Positions 37,381 through 48,217 of a DNA stretch of 64,000 nucleotides are shown here, piece after piece (within the stretch, counting starts at the first letter, position 1; each line of letters starts with the position of its first letter). The DNA is from Nemertoderma westbladi (taxonomy: Eukaryota; Animalia; Xenacoelomorpha). The notes beneath the pieces were generated by a model that was not told where the DNA came from, made no database searches, and saw nothing but the letters and a program-made list of their open reading frames with translations. Made by a program: the position numbers and the translations under genes. The DNA lies in assembly GCA_032718475.1 (NCBI GenBank), contig JAUCBJ010002028.1, positions 1-64,000 on the forward strand. Direction: 5' to 3'.

Positions 37381-39817
37381 TACTGTTCTTTGTGATGTTG
37401 TTTTTCCGTTTACCATTGTAGGTGATTTTAATTTTCCCCAATTCGATTGGAAAGAATTTTCTTACCCCGACAATTACCTGTATAATAAATTCGGTGATTT
37501 TGTGTTACAAAATAGTTTATACCAGATCCAGTTAGTCCCCACTTGTGGAGATAATGTTCTGGATCTAGTGTTTACTACTGACCGGAAATTTATCAGCGAC
37601 GTTCACACTGACGCGCCGTTTTCCACTAGTAACCACGATTGTGTTGTGTTTGATATCATTGTATGTAGAAATGACAGCGCACCTGCACCTATTACGGGAT
37701 ACTATGACTACTCAAACGGAGACTATACTTCTTTTAATAATTATATTAGAAATGCTGATCTTATTTCACAGCTTGCTTCTTGTACTACAGTGAATGAATA
37801 TTACAATACTTTTAGTGCTGTAATTAAATCAGGTGTTGAACAATTTGTTCCTTTTAAATCGTTTAATGTTGATAAAAGAAAAAGTTATCCTTTATATGTT
37901 AAGCGCCTGCAGCGCGCAAAAAAAAAGCTGTGGAAAAGGCGTAATACCGCGCATGGGAAACAGGCGTATCAGCGGGTGGCACTACTAGCTTCCAAAGCGG
38001 CTCTTCGTGCCACCTGCGCATACGAAACTAAAATTCTCAACTCGGCCGACCCCAATAAAATATTTAAATATATGAACTCCAAAAGGAAAGATCGTAATGT
38101 AATTGGACCTTTGAAACATAACGGCGAAACTGTAGTAGATGACAGTACTAAGGCGAAAATTTTCGCCGACGTGCTAGCGGAAAATTTTTCGAATGACAAC
38201 CACAGTGTCCCAATATTCAACCGTAGGGTTCCTACTGGTACATCTTTGTCTACTGTAGATTTATCCCCAGTTCGTGTGTTAACAATGTTAACTAAAATGC
38301 CAGCCAAAAAGAGTGCGACGCCAGACAACTTGCCTAGCATTTTATTTGCCAGATTAGCTATTAATATCGCCGCACCACTATCTGTTTTATTTAAGTTATC
38401 TCTCGAAACATACACACTTCCATCTGCATGGCTCACAGCTACTATTATACCAATGTTTAAAAAGGGTGATCCTTGTAACCCATACAATTACCGTCCAATA
38501 TCGTTAACGTGCATATCTTGTAAAGTGATGGAAATGTGTATAAAATGTGACATTATTCTGTATCTACGCAATAATAATATTATTTCGAAGTCCCAACACG
38601 GGTTTCTTCATCGTAAATCCACGTGTACCCAGCTATTAGATTGTGTGACTGACTGGTTTCGTATTTTAGATAAACGTAGGAATATCGATATTATTTATGT
38701 TGACTTTGCCAAAGCTTTCGATTCTGTAGTTAAATCAAAATTATTGTGTAAGTTAGCTGCTTATGGGATTTCTGGAAATCTACTAGATTGGTTGAATGCT
38801 TTCCTCTCAAACAGATCTCAACAAATTATTATCGGAAATGAGTTTTCACCATTAGTTGCTGTGAAATCAGGCACACCCCAAGGAAGTGTTCTGGGACCAG
38901 TAGCGCTATTTCTTGTTTTCATTAACGATCTGCCAGACCTGTTAAATCCCATAACAGTGAAACTTTTTGCTGATGATGTGAAATTGTATTATAGTACAAC
39001 CGAGAGTGAATCCCTCGCCCAAGCACTCAGCAAGCTGGAGGCATGGGCGAGCGAATGGCAGCTCTCTATTGCAACCCATAAATGTATTGTTATTTATGTT
39101 GGCTCATCCAATGCGAAGCGCGAATACACTCTCAATTCGTCTGTGCTCACCTCTGATACACACTGTAAGGACCTGGGCCTAACAATTTCATCCGATCTAA
39201 AATTCGATCTTTATTGTAGAGACCAAACAGCCAAATCTTACAAAGTTATCAATATGTTATTCCGGAGCATCGTAACTAGTAACCGTCAAGCTTTAATAAT
39301 AGCTTATAAAGCCGTAGCTCGGCCACTTGTAGAATATTGCACGCCTGTCTGGTCTCCACATACAAAACGCAGCATAGACATGATTGAGGGTGTTCAACGC
39401 TACTTTACTCGTCGTCTGTGTATGCGCTGTAAGATACCCTACTCTAGCTACATGGACCGCCTCGAACTGCTTTCCCTACAACCTTTAGAAGTGCGTCGAA
39501 TGATATTCGACCTAAAAATGGTTTACAAAATTACACACGGTCTTGTTGATCTTGACTTTGATAATTATTTCTCTCAAGCTCCCCGAGCTGGTCTTCGTGG
39601 CAACAGTAGGAAACTTTACGTACCTAGGTGTCGTTTAGATATCAGCAAACATTCTTTCTCATCTCGTGCAGTCAGATTATGGAATAATTTCCCTTCTTCA
39701 GTAGTTGATTCTTGTAACCTGAAAATATTTTCACGCAAGTTGCTGGCGATCGACTTTTTGGAACACTGTAATTTTACACGACCCCCTGGCAATCCATTAT
39801 TTTTAGTACAACAGTGA
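37307..39817 (+). CDS. LINE ORF2 (partial endonuclease + reverse transcriptase), uninterrupted frame but lacking its natural start
   Basis: About 810 LINE codons without a stop; the first ~25 codons are microsatellite read-through. Confidence 0.7.
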   Translation: MLLNVTRCCSLLLVVTRCCSLFCYSTVLCDVVFPFTIVGDFNFPQFDWKEFSYPDNYLYNKFGDFVLQNSLYQIQLVPTCGDNVLDLVFTTDRKFISDVHTDAPFSTSNHDCVVFDIIVCRNDSAPAPITGYYDYSNGDYTSFNNYIRNADLISQLASCTTVNEYYNTFSAVIKSGVEQFVPFKSFNVDKRKSYPLYVKRLQRAKKKLWKRRNTAHGKQAYQRVALLASKAALRATCAYETKILNSADPNKIFKYMNSKRKDRNVIGPLKHNGETVVDDSTKAKIFADVLAENFSNDNHSVPIFNRRVPTGTSLSTVDLSPVRVLTMLTKMPAKKSATPDNLPSILFARLAINIAAPLSVLFKLSLETYTLPSAWLTATIIPMFKKGDPCNPYNYRPISLTCISCKVMEMCIKCDIILYLRNNNIISKSQHGFLHRKSTCTQLLDCVTDWFRILDKRRNIDIIYVDFAKAFDSVVKSKLLCKLAAYGISGNLLDWLNAFLSNRSQQIIIGNEFSPLVAVKSGTPQGSVLGPVALFLVFINDLPDLLNPITVKLFADDVKLYYSTTESESLAQALSKLEAWASEWQLSIATHKCIVIYVGSSNAKREYTLNSSVLTSDTHCKDLGLTISSDLKFDLYCRDQTAKSYKVINMLFRSIVTSNRQALIIAYKAVARPLVEYCTPVWSPHTKRSIDMIEGVQRYFTRRLCMRCKIPYSSYMDRLELLSLQPLEVRRMIFDLKMVYKITHGLVDLDFDNYFSQAPRAGLRGNSRKLYVPRCRLDISKHSFSSRAVRLWNNFPSSVVDSCNLKIFSRKLLAIDFLEHCNFTRPPGNPLFLVQQ

Positions 39818-40095
39818 CAAATATTTTTTTTGTCATTTTTTTTTTATTGTTTTAGTTTTTCGTCTCGTTTTTCTTTTTATAAGTCTCAATTTTATTAGAA
39901 ATTTAAAATATTATAGCAATTTGTAAAGTGCACTGTATGTGCATTACAGTATATTTTATGTTCACTTTATAGTACCCAAACTCCCGTAAGTGCCTTGAGC
40001 CTGGGCAGTTTCCCTCCCTCGACCTTTTGTGTATTCTTTGTTCTGTATGTATGTTTCTATGTTATGTGTATTTCACATATTTTAATATCGAGTTT

Positions 40096-40124
<29 letters not shown>
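37381..40124 (+). mobile_element. CR1-group LINE, 5'-truncated within EN, (TAAA)n tail
   Basis: VGDFN, LDLV, NYRPISLT, YVDFAKAFD, GTPQGSVLGP, LFADD, RPLVEYCTPVWSPH, FSSRAVRLWN; tail at 40097-40124; possible TSD TACTC (37376-37380 and 40125-40129). Confidence 0.93.
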
Positions 40125-40126
<2 letters not shown>

Positions 40127-40756
40127 CTCATTGTTCAGTTGTTGCTTGTTGTTGGTTATTGCGTTGGTCATTGTTGCTCGTTGTGCATTTTTGCACCTAT
40201 CAAATTAAGCTCAGAAGCTCCCTTATCTCTGCATCTTGCAATGTCCTGTCAAGGTTAGTCAGTTAGGAGGTCATAACTGTCATAAGCAGTTAAGGGCAGA
40301 AGGAGGACGGGGCTGGGAGACGAGGTTATAAGAGACATTATATAAGGATATTTAATTTAATTTATTTAATTTAATATATGAGAAATGAGAAATATTTAAT
40401 TTATTTAAGGAGTACAGTCCCAATCCCAATAAACATTAACTTGGTCGTTTTGGCGGCCAAAATGACCAAAATTACCAAAAAAATGTAGTGTATTCCTATG
40501 GGCTACTTGGTCGTTTTGGCGAAGCGATTTAACTCGAATCAGCTCAATCCAGACAGTCTGTCTCCTTGGCCATCCATTTGGTGGATCTGACTAAATGTCG
40601 GCTCGCTTTCATTTTTATAATTGACAGATTGTTAACTTACCGGGCGCTGAGCCTTGCAGTACTGGAGTCCGCCCACTGAGGCATTGATAGAGTACACAGT
40701 CTTATAAAAGGAGTTGAATGGGGCTTCGTTAAAGGAGGAGTACGTAGAATAATCTG

Positions 40757-40995
40757 AACGTCCCGAAATTAATTCATGGACGTCCCGAAATTAATTTATG
40801 GACGTCCCGAAATTAACTATATGGACGTCCCGAAATTAACTTATGGATGTCCCGAAATTAACTTATGGACGTCCCGAAAATAATTTATGGACGTCCCGAA
40901 ATTAATCTATCAACCAATCAGAATCGTAATGAAATAACTAATTAATGGACGTCCATAAATTAATTTCGGGATGTTAATTTCGGAAATTAATTTCA
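40757..40995. repeat. 22-bp tandem repeat (ggacgtcccgaaattaa(t/c)ttat) x7 plus inverted partial copies
   Basis: Direct inspection of 40757-40907; attaatttcgg in inverted orientation at 40959-40993. Confidence 0.9.
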
Positions 40996-41035
40996 ATAAT
41001 ATTTTTTTTATTATAAAAAATGTATAATTCGCGGT

Positions 41036-41455
41036 CACTGCGGGGTGACTACAAAACAAAGACTCAATTATAAAGACCTGCATAATCTTGTTACATGTGT
41101 TAACTTTCGTTAATTGTTTTGAATCCCCCGTCACGCCTCTGTAACTTGCTCCTTTACTAACCTGCTCCTTTAAATAGCAATGGTACATAACGCTCATTGT
41201 GACCTGTACAAAACAAAGAGGTAAAGTCGCGTTAGGTCCCAAAGTGCGTTAGGTTCCAAAGAGCTTTAGGTCCCATTGCCAGAGAGCGTGAGGTCACATT
41301 GCCATTTAAAGGAACAGGTTAGTAAAGAAGCAGGTTACAGAGGCGTGTTGGGGAACCAAAACAACAAACGAAAGTTAACACATGTGTTTTGTATTTGTAC
41401 AGGTCTTTATTATTTGGGTTGTTGGTCTTTGTTTTGTAGTCACCCGACACTGCGG
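41036..41455. repeat. ~165-bp inverted repeat pair (fold-back remnant)
   Basis: gggtgactacaaaacaaagac...cacgcctctgtaac.tgct pairs with agcaggttacagaggcgtg...gtctttgttttgtagtcaccc. Confidence 0.8.
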
Positions 41456-42880
41456 TGTTTCGTGGGGGCCACCAATCCACCCACCCACACTCAACTCCCA
41501 ACTTCCTGGACACTAGGATACTGAGTGAAAGCGTCTGAAACTACTACAGGAACTCCATGACAGACTATGGGCTAGCGACTAGGGACTGGCGCCCTTGAAC
41601 ATGTAAACTGTAGTACCTACTGTACCACCTACCTTAAAGTGACCGATGGGACCAGCCCATTATTAGTGAGGTCGGCATTTCCCTTTATCCTGCCGCTCTC
41701 TTTGTATTACAATAGCATACAGCTAACCAATGGCAATGGTCTACCCCCAGTGCGGGAAAGACAAGCTGGCTACCATTGAAATGAATAGGGGAAGGATAAT
41801 ATGGTGTGTTCGTGTTCCCATCCTAATGTCTGTTGTCTTGGCTCAGCTAAGCTTAAACAGAGCCACAGCCTACAATAGAGCTTTACCTAAAATACACTTC
41901 CAGTGAGCCAATTTTGCTTTGAACAGGAGAAACAGATGGAATATATAGGTCATCTAATTAATTGTTTAAAGATTAGCAAACAATACAGTGTAATTGAATT
42001 GATGAAATCCATAAATAAAACGTGGATACAAAATGTAAAATCGGGATGCAAAATATAAATTTCTGAGCTAAGCCGGAAATCGAAGCCTTTTTCTATCTGC
42101 CAACATCCTGGGCTTTACTTACACTCAGCCTCTATTCTCTGGATGTGATTGACAAGCCAACGTGCCTCAGAAGTTCCTTTCATGAATGCCACAATTTATA
42201 TTTGGCCATTTTGGTCGTTTTGGCCGCCAAAATGACCAAGTTAATGTTTATTGGGATTGGGACTGTATGCAGATTTTGGAATGAAATTGTATACCTAAAT
42301 ATGAAACCCATGTCAAAAAGTTCTTATTTAAGGACTTTTAGTATTTATCGACGATTGTGCATTTATGGTTCATCTATTGTTTTTATGTATACTTTATTGC
42401 CGGCATGACCGGACCTAATATAAATTGAAATTGAAATTGTGTACAATTTCGATGTCTTAAATAAGGTAAATTTAAAAAATCCCTCTTATTTAGGAACTGG
42501 TCGTATTTTTGATGCAATTTTAAAACGCTTGTAGAAAAAAAACCGGACGGTGAAATGTTTTCTGTTTTTTTGCATTATGTTCAAGAAAGACCCAACTTTT
42601 ATATTGTGAAATAAAATTATGCGGTATTTTTACCTGAAACAAGTTCTTGCATATTATGTCGAAAAAATATCCAAAAAAGGCCCAAAAACCCCTAAATAAG
42701 AGCCATTTTCCTTAAATAAGAACCCAATTTTGGAGCTTATTTAAGGGTATGTTCACTACAGGTTCGCGGTTATTCGCACAGGTTGGCAGGTACGCGTCCG
42801 TCAGTCCGTGTTTTGTAGCATGAATTCCAACCTAGCCAGTACCTATGACAATGACATGTCAGCTCAGCATACAGGTCTGC

Positions 42881-43811
42881 CGGTGTAACAGGAAAATATG
42901 CCCCCCCGGGAAATGTGCCCGGGGGGGCATATTTTCCTAGGAAAAAATGCCCCCCCCCGGGCAAATTTCCCTAGGAAAAAATGCCCCCCCTTAGGAAATT
43001 ATGCCCCCCCTGAATTATACAATAAACAAAACTTATTACTACTAAAACTTACAAAAATTATACAAAACAATAAACAGTCACTTTACAAAATGAAGGAAAG
43101 GAGCAGGTTACAGAGGCATGCCTTTCTAACCAAAACAATAAACGATCATTTAACTAATTGAGGGAAAGGAGCAGGTTACAGAGGCGGGATTTTCTAACCA
43201 AAACAATAAACAGTCACTTTAGCAAATCAGGGAAAGGAGCAGGTTACAGAGACGGGATTTTCTAACCAAAACAATAAACAATAACATTACCAATTGAGAG
43301 AAAGGAGCAGGTTACAGAGGCGGGATTTTCTAACCAAAACAATAAACAATCACTTTACCAAATCAGGGAAAGGAGCAGGTTATAGACTTAAAAAAGCTTG
43401 GAGCTGCTCGGCGCCCACACAACACCACACACTCGCACTGCTGTTATACCAGTACTTACTACAGTAGCCTACTGACTTAGATACTTCAGTATGCTGTTCT
43501 ACATCCCTTACCACTTACTGCCTTACCTGCTTACCTACCGGCAGACCGGTACCGTACTATTCTTCCAACTATTACAAGTTTTGCAGTTGGTAGATTAAAA
43601 GTGGCTACCAGCAGACCGGTATCGTACCAGTTTTCAGACTTTTGAGGGGGGCTAATTTTCCTGAGGGGAGGCATTATTTCCTAAGGAGAAAATGCCCCCC
43701 GGGCTAAATTTCCTATGAAAAATTGCCCGGGGGGACATAATATCCTAGGAAATAATGCCCCGGGGGGCATATTCTAGGGGGGGCTGATTTCCTTGCTGCC
43801 TTGTGACACCG
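42881..43811. mobile_element. MITE with GC-rich subterminal repeats and internal 69-bp tandem repeat
   Basis: cggtgtaaca / tgtgacaccg ends; atgcccccc and gggggcat motifs; gaaaggagcaggttacagag...ctaaccaaaacaataaac x5 at 43095-43385. Confidence 0.8.
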
Positions 43812-44033
43812 GTACCATATACAGATTTAGCAGTATAGCACAGTCAGACAGTAGCATGTAGGCTGGCTGGCCGGTAGGCGAGTTACTGCAGTACCGGTAC
43901 TACTGTACAAAGTGCAGAAGTGCTGAAGTGCATTGTGCTGTTATGCAGAAGTTTATCAGAATTGCAAACTGCAGCATGTCAGTCTGTCAGTACGGTACCG
44001 CAACGCTACTGCAGTACTGCAGTACTGCAGTCA

Positions 44034-44436
44034 GGAACACTGGTCACAATATGTCCAATTTACAGCCAGAATGTGTCCGTGGAAAACGCTCTCAGAGTGA
44101 AATTTCTCCATAGAAAACAATGCTAAATTTCATTTGAAAACCGGCAGTGAAATTTTAACATTGGCATTCTAAAAATTATGCCATTAGAATCGTCATAAAA
44201 TTCTGTATAAATCAATTTGAGAATTAGAATCTCATCGTTGGGATAACTTATCATAATATTAAAAATAAAAATATGCCCAGCTTCTGCTTTGAGTACTATT
44301 GGAGTTACAGCCAAAATATGTCCGGAAATATAATCGCAGCCTGTGAAGGACAAATAGTGGCTGCACGGACACTTTCTGGCTGTAAATATGTGGACAATTT
44401 TTGGCTGAGCTTCAGCCAGAAAGTGACCAGTGTTCC
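44034..44436. mobile_element. PIF/Harbinger-like MITE
   Basis: TIR ggaacactggtcac / gtgaccagtgttcc, flanked by TCA and TAA. Confidence 0.75.
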
Positions 44437-44756
44437 TAACTGTACTGGTACTGTTGAACTGAGGTAAGCAGCACTAGCTGCAGCTGGTAGGTAGGCCTAC
44501 CTAGGGCATTACAGGGGTTAATTTGAATATGACAAGTACAGCCAATGGGCGTAATGGTAATCCCTGTTTCTACTGCGAATACCCAAGATTTCACATTACG
44601 CATGGCAATATTACTGCATATGGCAAAACATTTTCAAATACTTGTTTTTGCTATAAACTTTTTTCCACGAATTCTAAATATACAAACAAACACATTTTGC
44701 AATAAAATTTACAATGCCAATTGAGGTAGAATTATATGTCAGATGCCTGGATGCAG

Positions 44757-44817
44757 TCCGATCCGATCCGATCCGATCCGATCCGATCCGATCCGATCCG
44801 ATCCGATCCGATCCGAT
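44757..44817. repeat. (ATCCG)n microsatellite, about 12 copies
   Basis: Perfect pentanucleotide run. Confidence 0.95.
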
Positions 44818-45432
44818 GCAATTCAGCAATTATTCTAGCTACAACTGTCAGACTGCAGACTGTACAAGCCTAGCTGCTTAGGCCTACTTCTGTTTTGCCT
44901 ATCACAATTTCTCTAACACAATATCCCTTTAATTGAATATCAGAATATTCCACCTATCTTTGCTGTGTTTTATTTAATTAATATAGGGCATAATAAATTA
45001 GTAGAGGAGCTACATCTGAAAACTGATTATACCGCGGTTATACGGCGCCTACACTTTTATTTACTGCAATGAAAGCCGGTGTATAGTACCTGGCTGCGTG
45101 GGGTTCCAGGACGAAGGTCAGAAAAAAAGCACTACTGTATGGCCACTTTTGGACCATCGACACAAAACCGCTGCGAAGTTGGGACAGGATGGTGATGGCG
45201 TACCAGTGGCGCAGTGGGTACCGACTTTTGCTCGAAAACAGACCTCTCTGGGAAAAGACTTCTATTTTTTTTCAAAATTTAGTTATTACTACCCGGAGAT
45301 ATCCATTCTTTGGGAATTAGGGAAAAAATCGGGAAATTTTTTTCAAAGTATAATATATTTTTTTTAATGTTTCCTTTTGTTTATTTTTTTTCATTGGGGG
45401 CTGCGACGAACTGTGTCTTGTTTCCGAAACGT

Positions 45433-45510
45433 GCAGTGGCGTGCAGAAGGGGGGGAGGGGGGGGGGGGGGGCGGCCCCGGGCGCCACCTTCCAAGGGGCC
45501 CCAAAATTTG
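45433..45510 (+). mobile_element. hAT-like MITE left end fragment
   Basis: cagtggcgtgcag-polyG-gcggccccgggcgcc..ggggcccc, a common MITE terminus pattern; partner end not seen. Confidence 0.35.
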
Positions 45511-46162
45511 AGCAGTAGTGGCATCATAGCCAGCTGATAGTATATTGGTGGTTCCAAGTTCAGCTTATTGATGCTAGAAATTTAGCCCATCCAACATACT
45601 GTACAAACATAGTAGTTTGGTTCTGTATTGGTTGCATAGCCTTTCAGCACTGCCCACATTGCACATGTGAAGGTGTCACAGGTGAGAAGGTAGATGTCTC
45701 CTACGATTGGTTCATGGTATGGTAACTGGAAATATCTCCATTGGTAAGTTCAGTGGCTTGGTGGTTTAAGGCATGTGCAAGTAAATTTAAGCAAATTTAA
45801 GTAAATTTCTTAATATAATATAATTTTGCAATTAAAATAGTCTGAATTAATAATTTTCAACAGGGTTAAAAATATAAATAATGGCCCATTGCATTTAAGT
45901 GAAATTAAATTCAGTCTGTCATTTAATTACTTCAATATTTTCCACTACCACACATGTTATGAAAGTTTGTGCGGCTAAAAATACTAAAGTATATTTATTG
46001 CCTCTTAAAATCAACTTACTTTTGTTTACCAATAAACATCTAGTATTTTTTGAAATTATTAAAAAATTTGTGAAAATATTGATACCTCTGACTCTGCGTG
46101 TCTAATATCTGTTATTTTAATCTACGAATTACGAACTTGATATCTGATTTGTCCAATTAATC

Positions 46163-48161
46163 ATGGGAGACTCTGCAACCGATACGTTTAACAAATGCCA
46201 AGACGCTATTTTATCACTTTTCGCCAAAGTAAAGCAAAAAAAGAGCGTTTCCATCGAGGAGGAGAAGCTTATAACGGCGCAACTCCATGCTATGAACTCA
46301 CTGTACATGACGAATCTCGCCTCACTACCCCCAGTTTGGGAGAAATTAGCCAACTGCCAACAGGAACTAATCGAAGCAAAGAACGACCTAATTAAAGAAG
46401 TACGTCAGAACCCAACCACAGCCGGAGAAGGAACTGCCGGTACCGGTACACAAATCGGCCCAGCCCCCCGTAACTACAGCAATGCAGTTAGGAACGGAAT
46501 TCCTGTACTTCCCCTACCTACAGGTAGGGCACAACACTTTACGCGCAAATTCAAGACCTCAGTCCACAATCACATGTGGGTGCAAAGTTGGTGGCCCCCT
46601 TCGCGCTGTAACTTCAGCTTCTGAATGGCATATTAACACGGAAATTATACCCACAGAAAGGAAGGCTCACATCTGCATAGGCCGCCTCGATCCAACGACC
46701 ACAAGTGACGACGTTAAAAACTACCTCAGTAGCGAAAATCTTCCCTGTGACGACGTGCTATCCGTGGCGCTACATCCAGACTCACAGTATGCTACCTTTC
46801 ACCTGATATGCAATCAAACTCACCGCAACTCCTTGATGTCCACTATGTACCGCATTTACACTGGGACAGCACCAACCTACCTCCAGGAACTTGCATCCTT
46901 TAGCCAATCACGGTCTCGCTTGAGGAGTGACATGAAACCGAAGGCGATAATCCCACATTTACACTCCGTGGTGGGCCAAGAAAGTTCCGCGTACCAGGGC
47001 CCTTTCTTATGGAACCAACTGCCTCATAGCGTAACAAGTGTTGAATCAATTGAGTCCTTCAAACATAAAGTAAAATCGTATCTTCTCGAAAAAATCATGT
47101 CATCCGATATATCAATATATACTAGTAACTAAATTCCTAAGAAACTGCATTCCAATATTTCATACAGTACGAACTTTATATTTGTGTCTAAATTGCCCCT
47201 TCTTATTTTTATTGTGTTGTTCTATAAAACCTCAATACCATAATATATTACTCTTCCTATGTATCTGTTTGTATTTTTTTTTTTATGCCACTGCCATTTC
47301 AATATTTTTATTTCCCTCTATATGCTCGGTTCTGTTTGATACTAGTGTAAATAATTATTATATTTGTATTGTATGTATTATATTCATGTATGTATTATTA
47401 TTGTATGTATGTATTATATTTGTATTTGTGTGATATTCCTCTTTAATTTATCATCTACCGTATCTACTGAGATCTACTGTATTTATTATTTATTTTTATC
47501 TGAAAAAACATATTTTTAAAATGTTAATTAGCAGACAAAAACAGACAGACATACTAATACTAACTACTTATATTAACTTATTTTTTATCTTACTCAAGGA
47601 CTTATTACAACAATAAGATTTTCATCACATAGCAAGGACCCCCATGGAAACGAGACGCAGTCTCATGGGGCTATCCTCGACGACAAATCATTATTACTCA
47701 ATATTTTAGATACCCCGTGCAACTACGTATATTCTCTGCCCATCGTATTTTCAGTTCAGTAACATATTAAAATATTTTCCTTTTTATAAACATACAGTAC
47801 AGTCATTTCTATCCTATTTTAAATTGGACCATTTTATTTTCAGTAACTTATTTCAATATTTTATATAAATATACAGTACAGATTACAGATGCTTAATGAA
47901 CAATTAATATATATCTGATTGCTGGTCTTTGTATTGGCTTGTCGGTACTTTTGTTGTTCTGTTAACTATTTTATTATGTTATCGTCAATGTTCATATTTT
48001 AATTGCGTAAATTTTAGCTGATTTGACGTCTAATAAAAAATTCCAATTCCAATTCCATGGATCCTGACATGTGGGGGGAAGGGATATCTATTAAAAACTA
48101 TAAAATGTCAAAAGACGAGCGCCAACGCTTTGGCCTGAAGCCCCGTACAACCGATCACTAG
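46163..48161 (+). pseudogene. LINE ORF1 (coiled coil + RRM-like), frameshifted and split by an insertion
   Basis: ICIGRLDPTTTSDDVKNYL...FHLIC...NSLM continues after the insertion as DPDMWGEGISIKNY...* (48060-48161). Confidence 0.7.
46839..48056 (+). mobile_element. 5'-truncated Crack/L2-group LINE 3' end
   Basis: MYRI...APTYL...AYQGPFLWNQLP...FKHKVKSYLL; long AT-rich 3' UTR with ggacccccatggaaacgagac...gtctcatgggg hairpin; AATAAA plus (AATTCC)3 tail; ATG duplicated at both junctions. Confidence 0.8.
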
Positions 48162-48217
48162 GAAATACAGTCTCTGGTTTGGAACAGCGTGACGTTATGT
48201 GACATACCACAGCATAC

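Larger units (their letters stand above)
40414..42265. mobile_element. Tc1/mariner-type non-autonomous element nested in the right TIR of the fold-back
   Basis: TA|cagtcccaatcccaataaacattaacttggtc ... gaccaagttaatgtttattgggattgggactg|TA. Confidence 0.88.
34228..42756. mobile_element. Large fold-back element (~430-bp TIRs, TA-flanked) swollen by nested insertions
   Basis: 34228-34660 is the reverse complement of 40380-40413 plus 42268-42756 (gaacatacccttaaataagctccaaaa / ttttggagcttatttaagggtatgttc); TA at both ends. Confidence 0.85.

Noticed and set aside
36514-37421. Hydrophobic Leu/Val/Cys-rich ORFs
   Set aside because: Translations of the ttgttgctc repeat tract.
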